From a virus (Duplodnaviria > Heunggongvirae > Uroviricota > Caudoviricetes): a stretch of DNA of 64,000 nt. The position numbers and the translations under genes are program-made. The stretch is taken from IMG/VR virus record IMGVR_UViG_3300044796_000394; one strand, given 5' to 3'. Within the stretch, counting starts at the first letter, position 1, and each line of letters begins with the position of its first letter. This document shows positions 1 to 10,051 of the stretch, piece after piece. The notes beneath the pieces were generated by a model. The model did no database searches. It was not told the DNA's origin and saw only the letters and a program-made list of their open reading frames with translations.

Positions 1-46
1 ACCTCCCCGTTGAAGGGAGGTCACCAAAGGAAAATGAATGTCAAAA

Positions 47-925
47 TTAGAATAGCGATCTTTCAGCAAGAAACCCTGCCGATTGAGCATGTCCACCACC
101 ACCATGATGTAAAGCTATTTTAGAAACATCAACACCCTTTTTATTGGAACGCAATGAGTAGGAATACTTGCCATCCTCTCGCTGAAACCAAACAACACCA
201 AAGGGTCTATTATCCGCCAACATACACCCAACATCCGAATTCATAACACTACTATTAACTGCTAAAACTCGGTAGCCATCCAATTCAACTTCTCTTGCAT
301 ATCGCACCATGTCGGATGCCATCTGCTCTTGAAATCTCAAAATTGAACAACCTTCTTTTTTAACATCACTCAACTTGCGATGAGATAATTCGTCCCAAGT
401 TTCAAAATCAAATGGATAAGAAGAAATGACAGCGTTAACACATCTCGTATCTGCCAATTCGTGTTTGCCCAAGTCTCTATCTTGGACATATTGTACCAGC
501 CAAGGCATTGAGCCATCAAAAGATCGGTCACTTTGACGACAATTATTGAAGTAGCACCAAGTCATCCCACTACCGCTTTTGTTCATATTGAAATAACAAT
601 ATGGCAAACCGGCAAGATCGGCTTCGGCAGTGATATGGTGATCCAAAACAGTTAATGTTTTAGATTGTTCGTACATAGATTGTAAAATCTTGCGTTTGTA
701 CGAAAAGTCCAAAATGTAAGTTTCACGGCCTTTTGTATCTGGCGGTGATTCCCCAAATTGAGCAAAGATGATGTTAGCATCTGGAAAAACCTTTTGGGCT
801 ACCCATGCCGCACAAAATCCATCTGTGCATCTACCGTGTGTTATCACGGTTACATTACTAGGAGGGTCTTCGGGTTCCGTAATAATGTCTTTGGGATTAG
901 AAATCACAACTTCTAAAACGCTCAT
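47..925 (-). CDS. DHH/DHHA1 family phosphoesterase
   Basis: Motifs H-x-x-C-x-DG (HGRCTDG), LDFS, LDHH and C-terminal GGGGHAQSAG; ATGA overlap with the upstream gene. Confidence 0.88.
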   Translation of the reverse strand: MSVLEVVISNPKDIITEPEDPPSNVTVITHGRCTDGFCAAWVAQKVFPDANIIFAQFGESPPDTKGRETYILDFSYKRKILQSMYEQSKTLTVLDHHITAEADLAGLPYCYFNMNKSGSGMTWCYFNNCRQSDRSFDGSMPWLVQYVQDRDLGKHELADTRCVNAVISSYPFDFETWDELSHRKLSDVKKEGCSILRFQEQMASDMVRYAREVELDGYRVLAVNSSVMNSDVGCMLADNRPFGVVWFQREDGKYSYSLRSNKKGVDVSKIALHHGGGGHAQSAGFLAERSLF

Positions 926-1587
926 AAACCTTTAGCGAACTGGTAAACAGCCCGCCCCTTATGACGTTTAGCATCCCACTGATTTTCCAACGTAGCATAA
1001 AAGCCCGTTTCGGTAATCGGTGAATTCCCTTCAAGCGGTAAGCCCCACTTGCGGATAGCATAAACGTTAACACTCAAGTCTTTTTTGGGAATGTATTTTG
1101 CCAAAGGTGGCACATCTTTTACAACCATCGCATTGCCAGCAATCATTGCATATTGACCAATGGTCGTAAATTGATGCGTCACAGCCGCTACACCAACGGT
1201 AGCGCCTTCCATAACTCTTGTCCAACCGGACAATATCGTACCAATTGAGAGAACAGCTTTTTGCTCTACGATACAATCGTGAGCAATATGGCATCTTCCC
1301 ATAATATACACATCATCCATCACCTCTGTCAATCCCGCTGTCGGGAGGGTGATAACACTTAATTCTCTAATAATCACACGTTCGCCAATACGTACAATTC
1401 CCGTACATTCGTTTTGTTGTTCGTATTTCTCTGTACTATGCTCTGGCGGCTGTCCTATAATGACATGCGTACCAACAATCGTATCATCACCAATCTCGCA
1501 TTGAGAAATGGTTGAATAAGCACCAATTCTCACGTTTTTACCCAAACGCACAGTTTCCCAATCAATGATAGCAGTTGGATGTATCAC
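922..1587 (-). CDS. LpxA-like left-handed beta-helix acyltransferase
   Basis: MIHPTAII start, hexapeptide repeats, IGERVIIRE, CHIAHDC (LpxA catalytic-His region), THQF, KDVPP. Confidence 0.8.
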   Translation of the reverse strand: MIHPTAIIDWETVRLGKNVRIGAYSTISQCEIGDDTIVGTHVIIGQPPEHSTEKYEQQNECTGIVRIGERVIIRELSVITLPTAGLTEVMDDVYIMGRCHIAHDCIVEQKAVLSIGTILSGWTRVMEGATVGVAAVTHQFTTIGQYAMIAGNAMVVKDVPPLAKYIPKKDLSVNVYAIRKWGLPLEGNSPITETGFYATLENQWDAKRHKGRAVYQFAKGL

Positions 1588-2162
1588 AGCTTGCCTTCTG
1601 CTAAATCTTGGTACAATTTATTAGTTTTAGCCCAAGCGGTCGCATCACGATAGTGAATATTGAAGTGCTGAATTTGAAGATCGCAATGCTGACTCTTTTT
1701 GAAGTTAACGCATTGTTCGTGAACCCGACCTGAATACCTAACGTGTTTTCTCATCAACCGGTACTGCGAGTCCCCGTTCGGACAAGGAACCCATTCACGG
1801 GTCATCTCTAAATCAAACCAGTGAAGTCTGGACATTGTCCAAGTGTCAACGCCTTGAGCATTACCTTGGTGACATAAATCTCGCAATCGTGCAGCGTGTG
1901 CGGGCAACATAATTTCATCTGAGTCAATGGTCAAAAGCCACTGACTTTTGACACGATCTATTAACCCATTTCTCATACTGCCGAAATCGGTAAATTTGAA
2001 TGTGAATGGATTATAACCAGCTTCACGTAGCCATTTTTCGGTGCCGTCATTGGTTTTATCATCAATACCAATGACGTAATCATCAACATGACCCTTTATG
2101 CTCGCAAGACATTTTTTGAGTGGCTCTAATTCGTTACAAGTTAAAATACAAGCTGTTAGCAT
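1584..2162 (-). CDS. Glycosyltransferase family 2
   Basis: ACILTCNE start, DFGSMRN, WLLTIDSDE (DxD), GRVHE, IQHF. Confidence 0.85.
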   Translation of the reverse strand: MLTACILTCNELEPLKKCLASIKGHVDDYVIGIDDKTNDGTEKWLREAGYNPFTFKFTDFGSMRNGLIDRVKSQWLLTIDSDEIMLPAHAARLRDLCHQGNAQGVDTWTMSRLHWFDLEMTREWVPCPNGDSQYRLMRKHVRYSGRVHEQCVNFKKSQHCDLQIQHFNIHYRDATAWAKTNKLYQDLAEGKL

Positions 2163-2170
2163 AAAATAAC

Positions 2171-2917
2171 TTAGTTAGTTCTCCTGTCATTCATAACAAA
2201 AAGCTTCCGATCACGCAAAGCTGTCGTATAAATATTTTCATCAGGAAGTTGTTCAATATCCATTTCACAAGTCCAAGCAAATTCTTGAAGTGCCATGAAG
2301 TTTGGAATGAAAAAAGAACCCGCACCAACATGTTTAACGTATTGTTGGCCTCTGTATACAGTAGTGTGCCGTTCTGGTCTATCGCTGGCTACTTCTAAAA
2401 TAGGCTTCTCAATGTTTATTCTAGTTAAGGGTGTTTCGATGAGAATTTGGCCACCCGGTGACAGCAATTGGGTCATCTTTCTAAAATGACCCAATACATC
2501 TTCGGCGTGATATAAAACACCAAAATACAAAATTACATCATACTTTTTATCTTCGCCAAGATTCAAAAAGTTATCAACTACAATGTCCAATTCAACGTTC
2601 CATTCAGCATTTGCCAAAAGGAGTCTATTCGGAAAATGGCCAATACACATTTCGAGGGGATTGATTGATGTGACAGACTTTGCGCCTGCGAGCATTGAAC
2701 CTATTGAGAAAAACCCATCATTAGCACCAATATCTAAAACTTTTTTGTCTTTGACATTAACGCCAACTCGCCGAAATGCTTCCCACATTTTTTGTTCACG
2801 ATTACGGTCATGATTAGCCCCCATAATCCTACTACCGTCTGGTAGTGGCATATTATGGAACCACATGCCTTTATCAACAAGTTTTCCGTCCCAAGCATAA
2901 TCAAAAAATGACTTCAT
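2171..2917 (-). CDS. SAM-dependent methyltransferase (CmoB/DUF1698-like)
   Basis: VLDIGANDGFFS motif I; YDVILYFGVLYH; LSPGGQILIET. Confidence 0.8.
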   Translation of the reverse strand: MKSFFDYAWDGKLVDKGMWFHNMPLPDGSRIMGANHDRNREQKMWEAFRRVGVNVKDKKVLDIGANDGFFSIGSMLAGAKSVTSINPLEMCIGHFPNRLLLANAEWNVELDIVVDNFLNLGEDKKYDVILYFGVLYHAEDVLGHFRKMTQLLSPGGQILIETPLTRINIEKPILEVASDRPERHTTVYRGQQYVKHVGAGSFFIPNFMALQEFAWTCEMDIEQLPDENIYTTALRDRKLFVMNDRRTN

Positions 2918-2976
2918 AACATGTATATAAGGCCGCTACTAGGCTTTCTTGTACACAATGTTTGCCGTCTGATCGA

Positions 2977-3417
2977 TCACCGCCGCACAAGACCGCTATA
3001 AGTATCGTAGTACTGTGCACCTTCTGAGTACGCTATTTCTAATTCATTGATGACTTCTTGGTAATAAACGCCATCCCGATAACCACTCAGATACAAATGA
3101 CGCAAAGTTGCCATGTTTGGATAGTGATTTGGGAACAAGAGATAGCGGTTATCTTTCTTGCTATTGGCAAATCCATCCACAAAACCATCAACCCACTGAA
3201 CCGTTGTTTGTAGCTCTTTGGCAATTTGATAGTTAATGTAATCTTCTATCTTTTGCCCTAAGATGATGGTTTCAAGTGGATGACAAATCTTCTCTTTTCC
3301 TACTGGCGAATAACATCCTGCTTTAGCCTGTAGCTTCATGAACTTGCTGATGCTATAGCCGTGACTCATGGCCATATCAACACTGTGGTCAAGTTTGTCT
3401 TTGAGGACTTTTTTCAT
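2977..3417 (-). CDS. Hypothetical protein (start moved to ATG 3417, MKKVLKDK)
   Basis: Open frame; the moved start removes the overlap with the upstream gene. Confidence 0.55.
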   Translation of the reverse strand: MKKVLKDKLDHSVDMAMSHGYSISKFMKLQAKAGCYSPVGKEKICHPLETIILGQKIEDYINYQIAKELQTTVQWVDGFVDGFANSKKDNRYLLFPNHYPNMATLRHLYLSGYRDGVYYQEVINELEIAYSEGAQYYDTYSGLVRR

Positions 3418-3439
3418 CTTTTTTTTCACAAGAATACCC

Positions 3440-4678
3440 TTATCGCCACATGGAAACAAAGTAACACTTACCGTCTCGCTCACCGACGACAATAGGGAAT
3501 ACGATATTGTTGTCTACCAACATCGTATCAAGGAAAGTTGAAGCGGTAACAGCGTTGTCAAATTCGTGTACGACACCTTTAGCATCGGTAATCGTCCAAT
3601 GGTCAACATCTTTATTCGGACGAATAAAGGAATTGTTGACGTTAATGCTTGGCACCAAAACCCACAGATAATCGAAGAAGGGATGACCACCAAGAGAGTC
3701 AAACTCTTCAACCTTATCGATAATCTTTTGTGTACTTGGCGGAATGCTGCCAAAAACAGGCAAAGGATACATGCGAGACTGGTAGAAGAAGTTCGATGAC
3801 CCACCAATCAGCGGGGCAAACTTGGTGTTCAAAATTAAGGTCTTCTTGATCGCTTCGGCTTTCGGATCATCCGAAGCTGCCTCATCGGACTTTTTGTCTG
3901 CCCAGAATTTGAAGTTGTCAAAATACTTGGACGGTACGATGATGTTGCCAGAGTCACTCCATCGGAACCCGTGCATACGAGCCAAGGTTACAGATGCTTC
4001 ATCGGGACGAATCCGATAGAAACCACAATAAGCCGACATGGACTCTTGAAGCGACTTCATTCGCTTTCCAAAAGTACCGGCTAATTCAGCCATGCCGATG
4101 TTGGCAAATTTATTTTGCTTCTTTTCCAACTCTGCCATCTCTTCATTGCTAGATGTTGAAAATCTGGCAAACCGATTGAAGTTAATGGGTTGTGAGAAAA
4201 AGGCATTCTCGCCCGTGGTGAAGAGGGACTTCAACCCGATGTTGTGAGGATTTTTCTTGACCGCTCGTTGATCCTTGCGTTCAACGACATTGGCCAAAAG
4301 GCGTGTACGAGGCTGTTGAATGGCCCGAAGCAAAGTCTTGCTTTCCGTCCATTTGTCTAATTCGCCTTCTCGATTAACTTTTCCATCTTCCGCAGCCTCG
4401 GCGCAGAATTTGAAAACTTCGAGTGCGCATTTCGGCAAACTTTCAACGAAAACCTCAAGATCGGGATGCTTGAGATCAACTCTGCTGGCAAACTTTTTAA
4501 GCTTGCGACCAGTGTCACCGAGACTAGCCTTAACGGTTTCGTCAGAAGTCTCGGCAATCTTGCTGAGGAATTTAACCCAACTAGGGATACTGCAAACTGC
4601 CTTTTCTTGGCAGTCGAATATCGCCTCAACCTTCGATTGGGTACTTTTAACCTGATCCAGAAGTTCGGCAGTCGCCAT
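3440..4678 (-). CDS. Hypothetical protein, 412 aa
   Basis: Long ORF with SD GGAG 7 nt before ATG; no recognisable motif. Confidence 0.7.
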   Translation of the reverse strand: MATAELLDQVKSTQSKVEAIFDCQEKAVCSIPSWVKFLSKIAETSDETVKASLGDTGRKLKKFASRVDLKHPDLEVFVESLPKCALEVFKFCAEAAEDGKVNREGELDKWTESKTLLRAIQQPRTRLLANVVERKDQRAVKKNPHNIGLKSLFTTGENAFFSQPINFNRFARFSTSSNEEMAELEKKQNKFANIGMAELAGTFGKRMKSLQESMSAYCGFYRIRPDEASVTLARMHGFRWSDSGNIIVPSKYFDNFKFWADKKSDEAASDDPKAEAIKKTLILNTKFAPLIGGSSNFFYQSRMYPLPVFGSIPPSTQKIIDKVEEFDSLGGHPFFDYLWVLVPSINVNNSFIRPNKDVDHWTITDAKGVVHEFDNAVTASTFLDTMLVDNNIVFPIVVGERDGKCYFVSMWR

Positions 4679-4728
4679 GTGTATTCTCCGGGTACGAACT
4701 TACATTCTACCCATGACAATGAAAAGAA

Positions 4729-5253
4729 TCAATCTTTAGAAGTTTTAGGAACTAATCTTACGGAAAGCCTAGTACCTTCAAACTTTGGAGGTGATACGGT
4801 TGTACCAACATCTTGAATGGATGCTAAAATCTTATTCATGATAATGAAGCCACGATCTTTGTGCTGCATTTCACGACTTCTGAAAACGATGTTAACCGAT
4901 ACAGGATGCTTGTCATTCAAAAACTTCTTCAGTTGATTGATTTTGACTTCAACATCATTATCACCGGAAACAGGTCGTAACCGAATTTCCTTCGGTGCGA
5001 CATTCTTAGAATTGTTTTGTTGCTCTTTCTTCTTCTTCTTTTCTTCGTACTGAAATCGCTTGTAGTCCATGATTTCGCATACAGGTATGTCGCCAGCGGA
5101 CACTTCCACTAGATCCATATCGTTAGACCACGCCAAGTCCCAAGCCTTGTACGTTGGCATGATCCCTAAGTGTTCACCGTCTCGTTTTACCCGTACAGTG
5201 GGTGCGGTGATGTAGCGGTTTACCCGTGTCATCCGTTTGTTGAAAATCGTCAT
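4729..5253 (-). CDS. infC: Translation initiation factor IF-3
   Basis: RVNRYITAPTVRV, DMDLVEVS, PVCEIMDYKRFQYE, KEIRLRP, VNIVFRSRE, PPKFEG; real start may be ATT at 5247. Confidence 0.93.
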   Translation of the reverse strand: MTIFNKRMTRVNRYITAPTVRVKRDGEHLGIMPTYKAWDLAWSNDMDLVEVSAGDIPVCEIMDYKRFQYEEKKKKKEQQNNSKNVAPKEIRLRPVSGDNDVEVKINQLKKFLNDKHPVSVNIVFRSREMQHKDRGFIIMNKILASIQDVGTTVSPPKFEGTRLSVRLVPKTSKD

Positions 5254-5294
5254 TCTCCAATAGTACTTGTTTTAAAATGGGACAAGAAACAACC

Positions 5295-5498
5295 CTATAA
5301 TCCAAAGCACTCTTCAACACTATCCGGATCGATTACATCAGGAATATAATCCTTCACAGAAAAATATTCCTTTGGATGCATTCTCTCTAAATCAGTCAAA
5401 ATCTTCTTTAACTTTTTCTCGTCGGTGAAAACGACCACGACTTCATCGCTTTCGTTTTCTTGACCGGGAGCCATCGTCACATAAATCGCTTTCATCAA
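5295..5498 (-). CDS. Small hypothetical protein
   Basis: Fits the operon tiling, 4-nt overlap with its neighbour. Confidence 0.55.
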   Translation of the reverse strand: MMKAIYVTMAPGQENESDEVVVVFTDEKKLKKILTDLERMHPKEYFSVKDYIPDVIDPDSVEECFGL

Positions 5499-5692
5499 AA
5501 AATCTGCTTTCCAGTTAGTTTCAAAATAATTTCAGGATCGACAACTGAATTGCCGTGTTCATCAAAAAAATGAACCCATCCATCTTCCGTGAGTCTTTCC
5601 CCACGATGATACCGCTTAATTGTATCGGCATCAATCTCGGCATTCATTTCTCTAATTGCCGTATCTGACAACTCTTGACGTATGTCTCTCAA
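5495..5692 (-). CDS. Small hypothetical protein
   Basis: Abuts the decarboxylase stop; operon tiling. Confidence 0.55.
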   Translation of the reverse strand: MRDIRQELSDTAIREMNAEIDADTIKRYHRGERLTEDGWVHFFDEHGNSVVDPEIILKLTGKQIF

Positions 5693-5693
5693 A

Positions 5694-7328
5694 TCAAACC
5701 TTCTTTGCTAGTTTGCTGAACATACGGCTCAGAGCGGGCGTAAAATCCCCACGCTCTATAACGGTGTTAATGATGAACGGCTCTTTGCATACAAGGGCTT
5801 GCGACAAAGCAGCATCCAACTCATCTTCAGTAGTTGCCTTGGCACCCTTACCACCACCGACCAACAACGGCATATTTTCAAAATTCCAATTTTGGATGTC
5901 GTTGAATGAACCCTCCAAGAGAATTCTTTCGGTGCCATATCCACCATTGTTGAGAACGATCACAATTGGATTCATCTTACGACGAACCAAAGTGCTGAAT
6001 TCCTGTCCTGTCATTTGGAAGGCACCATCACCCACCAATACAATTGGCCGCATCTTTGGATTGGCCAATTGAGCACCTAACGCAGCAGGCACAGCAAATC
6101 CCATACTGGTATAGAATGCTGACGCCAAAAACTGATTGTGGCCGTGTACAGTGACATCCAAGGCACCGAACAAGCTATCACCAACATCAGCGATAACAGT
6201 CATATCTTCGGTCAAGATAGCGTTAACTTTCTCCATCAACCGGTCGGCCTTGAGAGTAACGCCGCACTTGGCTTCCCATTTTTCGGTATACGCCGGGCCG
6301 GGCATCTTGACGCTTTCACGCCGTTGGAATTTGTGCTTACACAATCCGTCAACGAAGTCGCCAAACTGCACGTTGGCATACGTGTGGTTTCTCACCTGCA
6401 TGGTTTGACTGGTTGCGTTGATCGTATTGCGACGTTTGTGACGCAGTGGCAAGAATCCGAGATTCATATCCGTCATCATCACGCCCAACATAATCACGCA
6501 ATCGCTCTTGGCGAAGAAGTCAACCACTTCTGGACGACTTGTACTTTCGCTGTACACACCCAACGACATTGGATGCCGCTCACCAATACACGACTTGCCC
6601 AAGATGTCCGTAGCGATTGGAATGCCGGTTTGTTCGGCAAATTTCATTAACTTTTGACCCAAACCAAATCGGGCAACTTCAACGCCTGCCCAAATCACCG
6701 GGTTTTTGGCATTGGTGATCCAGTTAATCGTATCCGACAAAATTTCCTGTAGGTTCTCTTGATCGGAAGATATATTGGAAGGAGTGCCTACTGTGTAAGC
6801 ATCGTACGTAATTGGCTTTTCAACCATATCACGGGGTAACTCGATGTATACCGGTTGCTTGTAGTGTTTGGCTGCTTCGAGAACTCTGTCGATTTCAAAA
6901 GCCGCTCGACTTGGATCACGAAGTACCGTATTGGCACAAGTGATGTTCTCAAAAATTTCATGCTGGCATTCAAAACTGCGTACCATATGGTGAAGTAAAA
7001 CGTCACCATTACGCTCTTTCATACCCGGTGATCCGGAAATCACGACCACAGGACTCTTTTCGGCGAATGCACCACCAATAGCATTGATAAGGCTAAATCC
7101 ACCGACGCAATATGTCACACAAACCGCTGACATACCACCATTGTTAACACGGGCATAACCATCAGCAGCAAAGCCAGCATTAGCTTCATTGGTAGTACCA
7201 ACTAACTCTATGTTGCTCTTTTCAACGTACTTATTGAAAGCCAATGAATAGTCGCCGGGAACATTCAGCATGTGATTGACGCCGTTACTCTTTAACCGCT
7301 CAATCAAAAATTGGGCCACGTTAGGCAT
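5694..7328 (-). CDS. ThDP-dependent alpha-keto acid decarboxylase (pyruvate/indolepyruvate decarboxylase family)
   Basis: VPGDYSL, NEANAGFAADGYAR, LLHH, ThDP-binding GDGAFQM...NNGGYG. Confidence 0.92.
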   Translation of the reverse strand: MPNVAQFLIERLKSNGVNHMLNVPGDYSLAFNKYVEKSNIELVGTTNEANAGFAADGYARVNNGGMSAVCVTYCVGGFSLINAIGGAFAEKSPVVVISGSPGMKERNGDVLLHHMVRSFECQHEIFENITCANTVLRDPSRAAFEIDRVLEAAKHYKQPVYIELPRDMVEKPITYDAYTVGTPSNISSDQENLQEILSDTINWITNAKNPVIWAGVEVARFGLGQKLMKFAEQTGIPIATDILGKSCIGERHPMSLGVYSESTSRPEVVDFFAKSDCVIMLGVMMTDMNLGFLPLRHKRRNTINATSQTMQVRNHTYANVQFGDFVDGLCKHKFQRRESVKMPGPAYTEKWEAKCGVTLKADRLMEKVNAILTEDMTVIADVGDSLFGALDVTVHGHNQFLASAFYTSMGFAVPAALGAQLANPKMRPIVLVGDGAFQMTGQEFSTLVRRKMNPIVIVLNNGGYGTERILLEGSFNDIQNWNFENMPLLVGGGKGAKATTEDELDAALSQALVCKEPFIINTVIERGDFTPALSRMFSKLAKKV

Positions 7329-7364
7329 TTTGCACCATTCTCTATTGGAGCCAAAAACTTTTAT

Positions 7365-8192
7365 TTATTGAACCACTTCACTTGTGGGGCTATCTACAAT
7401 TTGGATCAAAAACCCATCGGAATCCATAGGAAATCGGCGAACCCACTCTACGCCTGCACCTATATCGCAACCACTAACAGTAGGAATAAAACTTGGAATT
7501 GCGCTCGGTGTGATTGTAATCGTACTAGGACTTCCCACACAACTTTTCAAAGGCATCACACCCCAAAACATCATACTACTTTCCGACTGCATCTTCAATA
7601 ACTTAAACTCCATCCAATAACAACCCGGCAAACAAGTATCCGCTGGAAGCCAATTGTAGATCAATTGCGAGTCCATAACGACATCTTTCTGTACAGTTCC
7701 ATCTAATTGAGGAATGTCTTCTAAGATGGTCGATGTTTCGGCAACCCCATTCAAAATGCGAAACACTTTGAAGGATTGGCCTTTTTTGTAGGTACCAGCA
7801 CTTGTGCCATTGTACCCACGTTGTACTTGTACTAAGTGTAGATTTTCATCAAAACCGAGAACGAGTAATTGTTCGGGATTACGAATTCGATCTACTACAA
7901 TTATATCGCCGACGTTGACTTGATAAAAGCCAACATTGTCAGCAAAACCAAAATAGGTATCTGTAGATGATACCGCTTTCTTCATTTTTCCTTTAGCCCA
8001 CATGGAAACTTCGGCAATGGTATCCGTTAAGTCCAGTGGACCATTACAATCATTTACTGATACACGGAAAGGCGGGAGGGTGTCATGCCTCTTAATTTGA
8101 AAATCAGGGCACACACCCGGAGGACACCCGAACACATCGGGGCATATTGATTGGGTGGGGCAGCATTGTCTAGTGTTTGATCCGCAACTCAT
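7365..8192 (-). CDS. Putative virion protein with BppU-like N-terminal segment
   Basis: FQIKRHDTLPPFRVSVND...PLDLT resembles baseplate-upper-protein N-termini; beta-rich; cysteine-rich extreme N-terminus. Confidence 0.45.
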   Translation of the reverse strand: MSCGSNTRQCCPTQSICPDVFGCPPGVCPDFQIKRHDTLPPFRVSVNDCNGPLDLTDTIAEVSMWAKGKMKKAVSSTDTYFGFADNVGFYQVNVGDIIVVDRIRNPEQLLVLGFDENLHLVQVQRGYNGTSAGTYKKGQSFKVFRILNGVAETSTILEDIPQLDGTVQKDVVMDSQLIYNWLPADTCLPGCYWMEFKLLKMQSESSMMFWGVMPLKSCVGSPSTITITPSAIPSFIPTVSGCDIGAGVEWVRRFPMDSDGFLIQIVDSPTSEVVQ

Positions 8193-8195
8193 GCT

Positions 8196-8753
8196 TTATT
8201 TAGGTGTCCATATATCCTTTTCAAACAAACCTTTTTCTTCCATCCAATTAACTCGCTCTTTTACCCAAAGCAAAGAACCAGTAAATTTTTCAACTACAAT
8301 ACCAGCTCGTTTAGCAATGTCTTCACCGTAACGAAAATGGTTTTTGTCAACCATCTTCAATGCTAATGGCCCCCAAACCACCCGCTTGATGCCCTTGTCG
8401 GCAATCTCCAACATACATCGCATACAAGGATGGCCCGTCACATACATCGTACAACCTTCTAATCCATTGATAGAAATCGCACGTGAATGTCTGATGGCAT
8501 TCTCTTCGGCATGTTTGATATAAGGATACTTGCCTAAATCATCTGGATTTTTTGGATCGGGTCTTGACCAATCAATCTCTTTGTCATTGATAGCTCTAGG
8601 AATGCCGTTCATGCCAAAGCCCAAAGGCACATTATTGGCATCAATAACAGCAGCGCCGGTTTGACTATTTGGATCTTTGGAACGACCGGAATATTGATAA
8701 AGAAGCCCGATATAGAACGAATCCCAATCGGGCACTGAACGAGGTGGTGTCAT
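8196..8753 (-). CDS. dCMP deaminase
   Basis: SKDP...GA, HAEENAI and PCMRC zinc motifs. Confidence 0.9.
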   Translation of the reverse strand: MTPPRSVPDWDSFYIGLLYQYSGRSKDPNSQTGAAVIDANNVPLGFGMNGIPRAINDKEIDWSRPDPKNPDDLGKYPYIKHAEENAIRHSRAISINGLEGCTMYVTGHPCMRCMLEIADKGIKRVVWGPLALKMVDKNHFRYGEDIAKRAGIVVEKFTGSLLWVKERVNWMEEKGLFEKDIWTPK

Positions 8754-9700
8754 ATTGTCATCTGTAGGTAAGAAATTTCGTAAGCATCACTCGGATAATC
8801 TTGGCGAGTCTTTAACAAAAGTCCCCGCTGATCGGGCGTCAAAGACTTCTCTATCACTTTTTCAGGAATAGGGATTTGAGACGACCAATTCCCCACATGT
8901 GGCATCATAATCCTAAAGCCGAAGGGAACAGTTCCCAAGTTAATGAACGTTACGCAAGATGCGATAAATGAATCACTTGAAGCCTCTCTGGCATATCCAC
9001 CATAAGCAGTACCGCCCTGACACTTGATTTTACACAAGACGTTCTTGGTATCATCCTTGCTTTTAACCACAGCGTAAATTAACGTACGTTCGGCGTCACG
9101 AACAATTTTGATACTTTCACGAATGGTCTCAAAGACTTGTTGATCAGATGCATTGCGTGCGGTATCGCTATCGATTTCCGGCAAAATTTCGCCACGCTCT
9201 TGTTCTTCAATCTTTGCCGATGGTGGGAGATAAGCACCGCCCGAATAAGCGACCTTCGGAAGAGCCTTACCTACACTATGACTCCCTTGAAAGTTATAGC
9301 TTGGGAGCGATCCTTGTGTCCGTTGGTAAGTTCCGCCCGATTGAATTTCAGCTCGTTGGTAAGTTTTGAAAGTTCCGCCCGATGTTTCAGACTCCTCTAA
9401 TACTTCCTTAACTGTTTTTCCAGACTTTAACAACGGCTCAGGCGCAACACCAAGAGTTGCCGTTTTTGATTGGACTTCACCGGTTGGGTATGCCGGATCA
9501 ACTTCACCATATGTCATCAAATCGTCGTAAGCACGATAAGATGCCTTTTGTGGCGGCTCTTCGCTCATGAGGTTTTCTAATTCGTCCAACTCACGATTTT
9601 TACTTTTGACGTACTCTTCATATTGCACCAACGACAAATCTTTTGCTACTTTTTCCGCTGTCAGCTTTATCGATCTAATTTTGGTTTTGGTTTTTTTCAT
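8750..9700 (-). CDS. Hypothetical protein, 316 aa
   Basis: Long ORF; internal short repeat SGGTFKTYQR/SGGTYQR. Confidence 0.65.
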   Translation of the reverse strand: MKKTKTKIRSIKLTAEKVAKDLSLVQYEEYVKSKNRELDELENLMSEEPPQKASYRAYDDLMTYGEVDPAYPTGEVQSKTATLGVAPEPLLKSGKTVKEVLEESETSGGTFKTYQRAEIQSGGTYQRTQGSLPSYNFQGSHSVGKALPKVAYSGGAYLPPSAKIEEQERGEILPEIDSDTARNASDQQVFETIRESIKIVRDAERTLIYAVVKSKDDTKNVLCKIKCQGGTAYGGYAREASSDSFIASCVTFINLGTVPFGFRIMMPHVGNWSSQIPIPEKVIEKSLTPDQRGLLLKTRQDYPSDAYEISYLQMTI

Positions 9701-9715
9701 TGTGTTCTCTAAAAA

Positions 9716-10051
9716 TTAACATTCGTCAAATTTGTACTTGCCATCTTTGATAGCAATCAAAGTGTCGACATCGTAATCATCCGTAGCTTTTTTTTCGGCT
9801 TTTGTCAAAGACTGAATTCGGTTTAGCAAATATCGCAATCTAGCATTGGAGCAGACTAGGCCGGTGTGATCTACGAATTGGTCACAATAATCACCGTTAC
9901 TGAGTATACCAACCATATGACCAAATTCAAGGTAGTATTTGGCGAAACAGGCCGGAAGTTCCGTACGAAAGTAATGAGACAGATAAGATAATTCCGATGA
10001 AAATTTAGGACTCATGAAATCGCCACGAATTATTTTAGCATCATCTGTCAT
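9716..10051 (-). CDS. Hypothetical protein
   Basis: ATGA overlap with the RNA ligase stop. Confidence 0.6.
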   Translation of the reverse strand: MTDDAKIIRGDFMSPKFSSELSYLSHYFRTELPACFAKYYLEFGHMVGILSNGDYCDQFVDHTGLVCSNARLRYLLNRIQSLTKAEKKATDDYDVDTLIAIKDGKYKFDEC

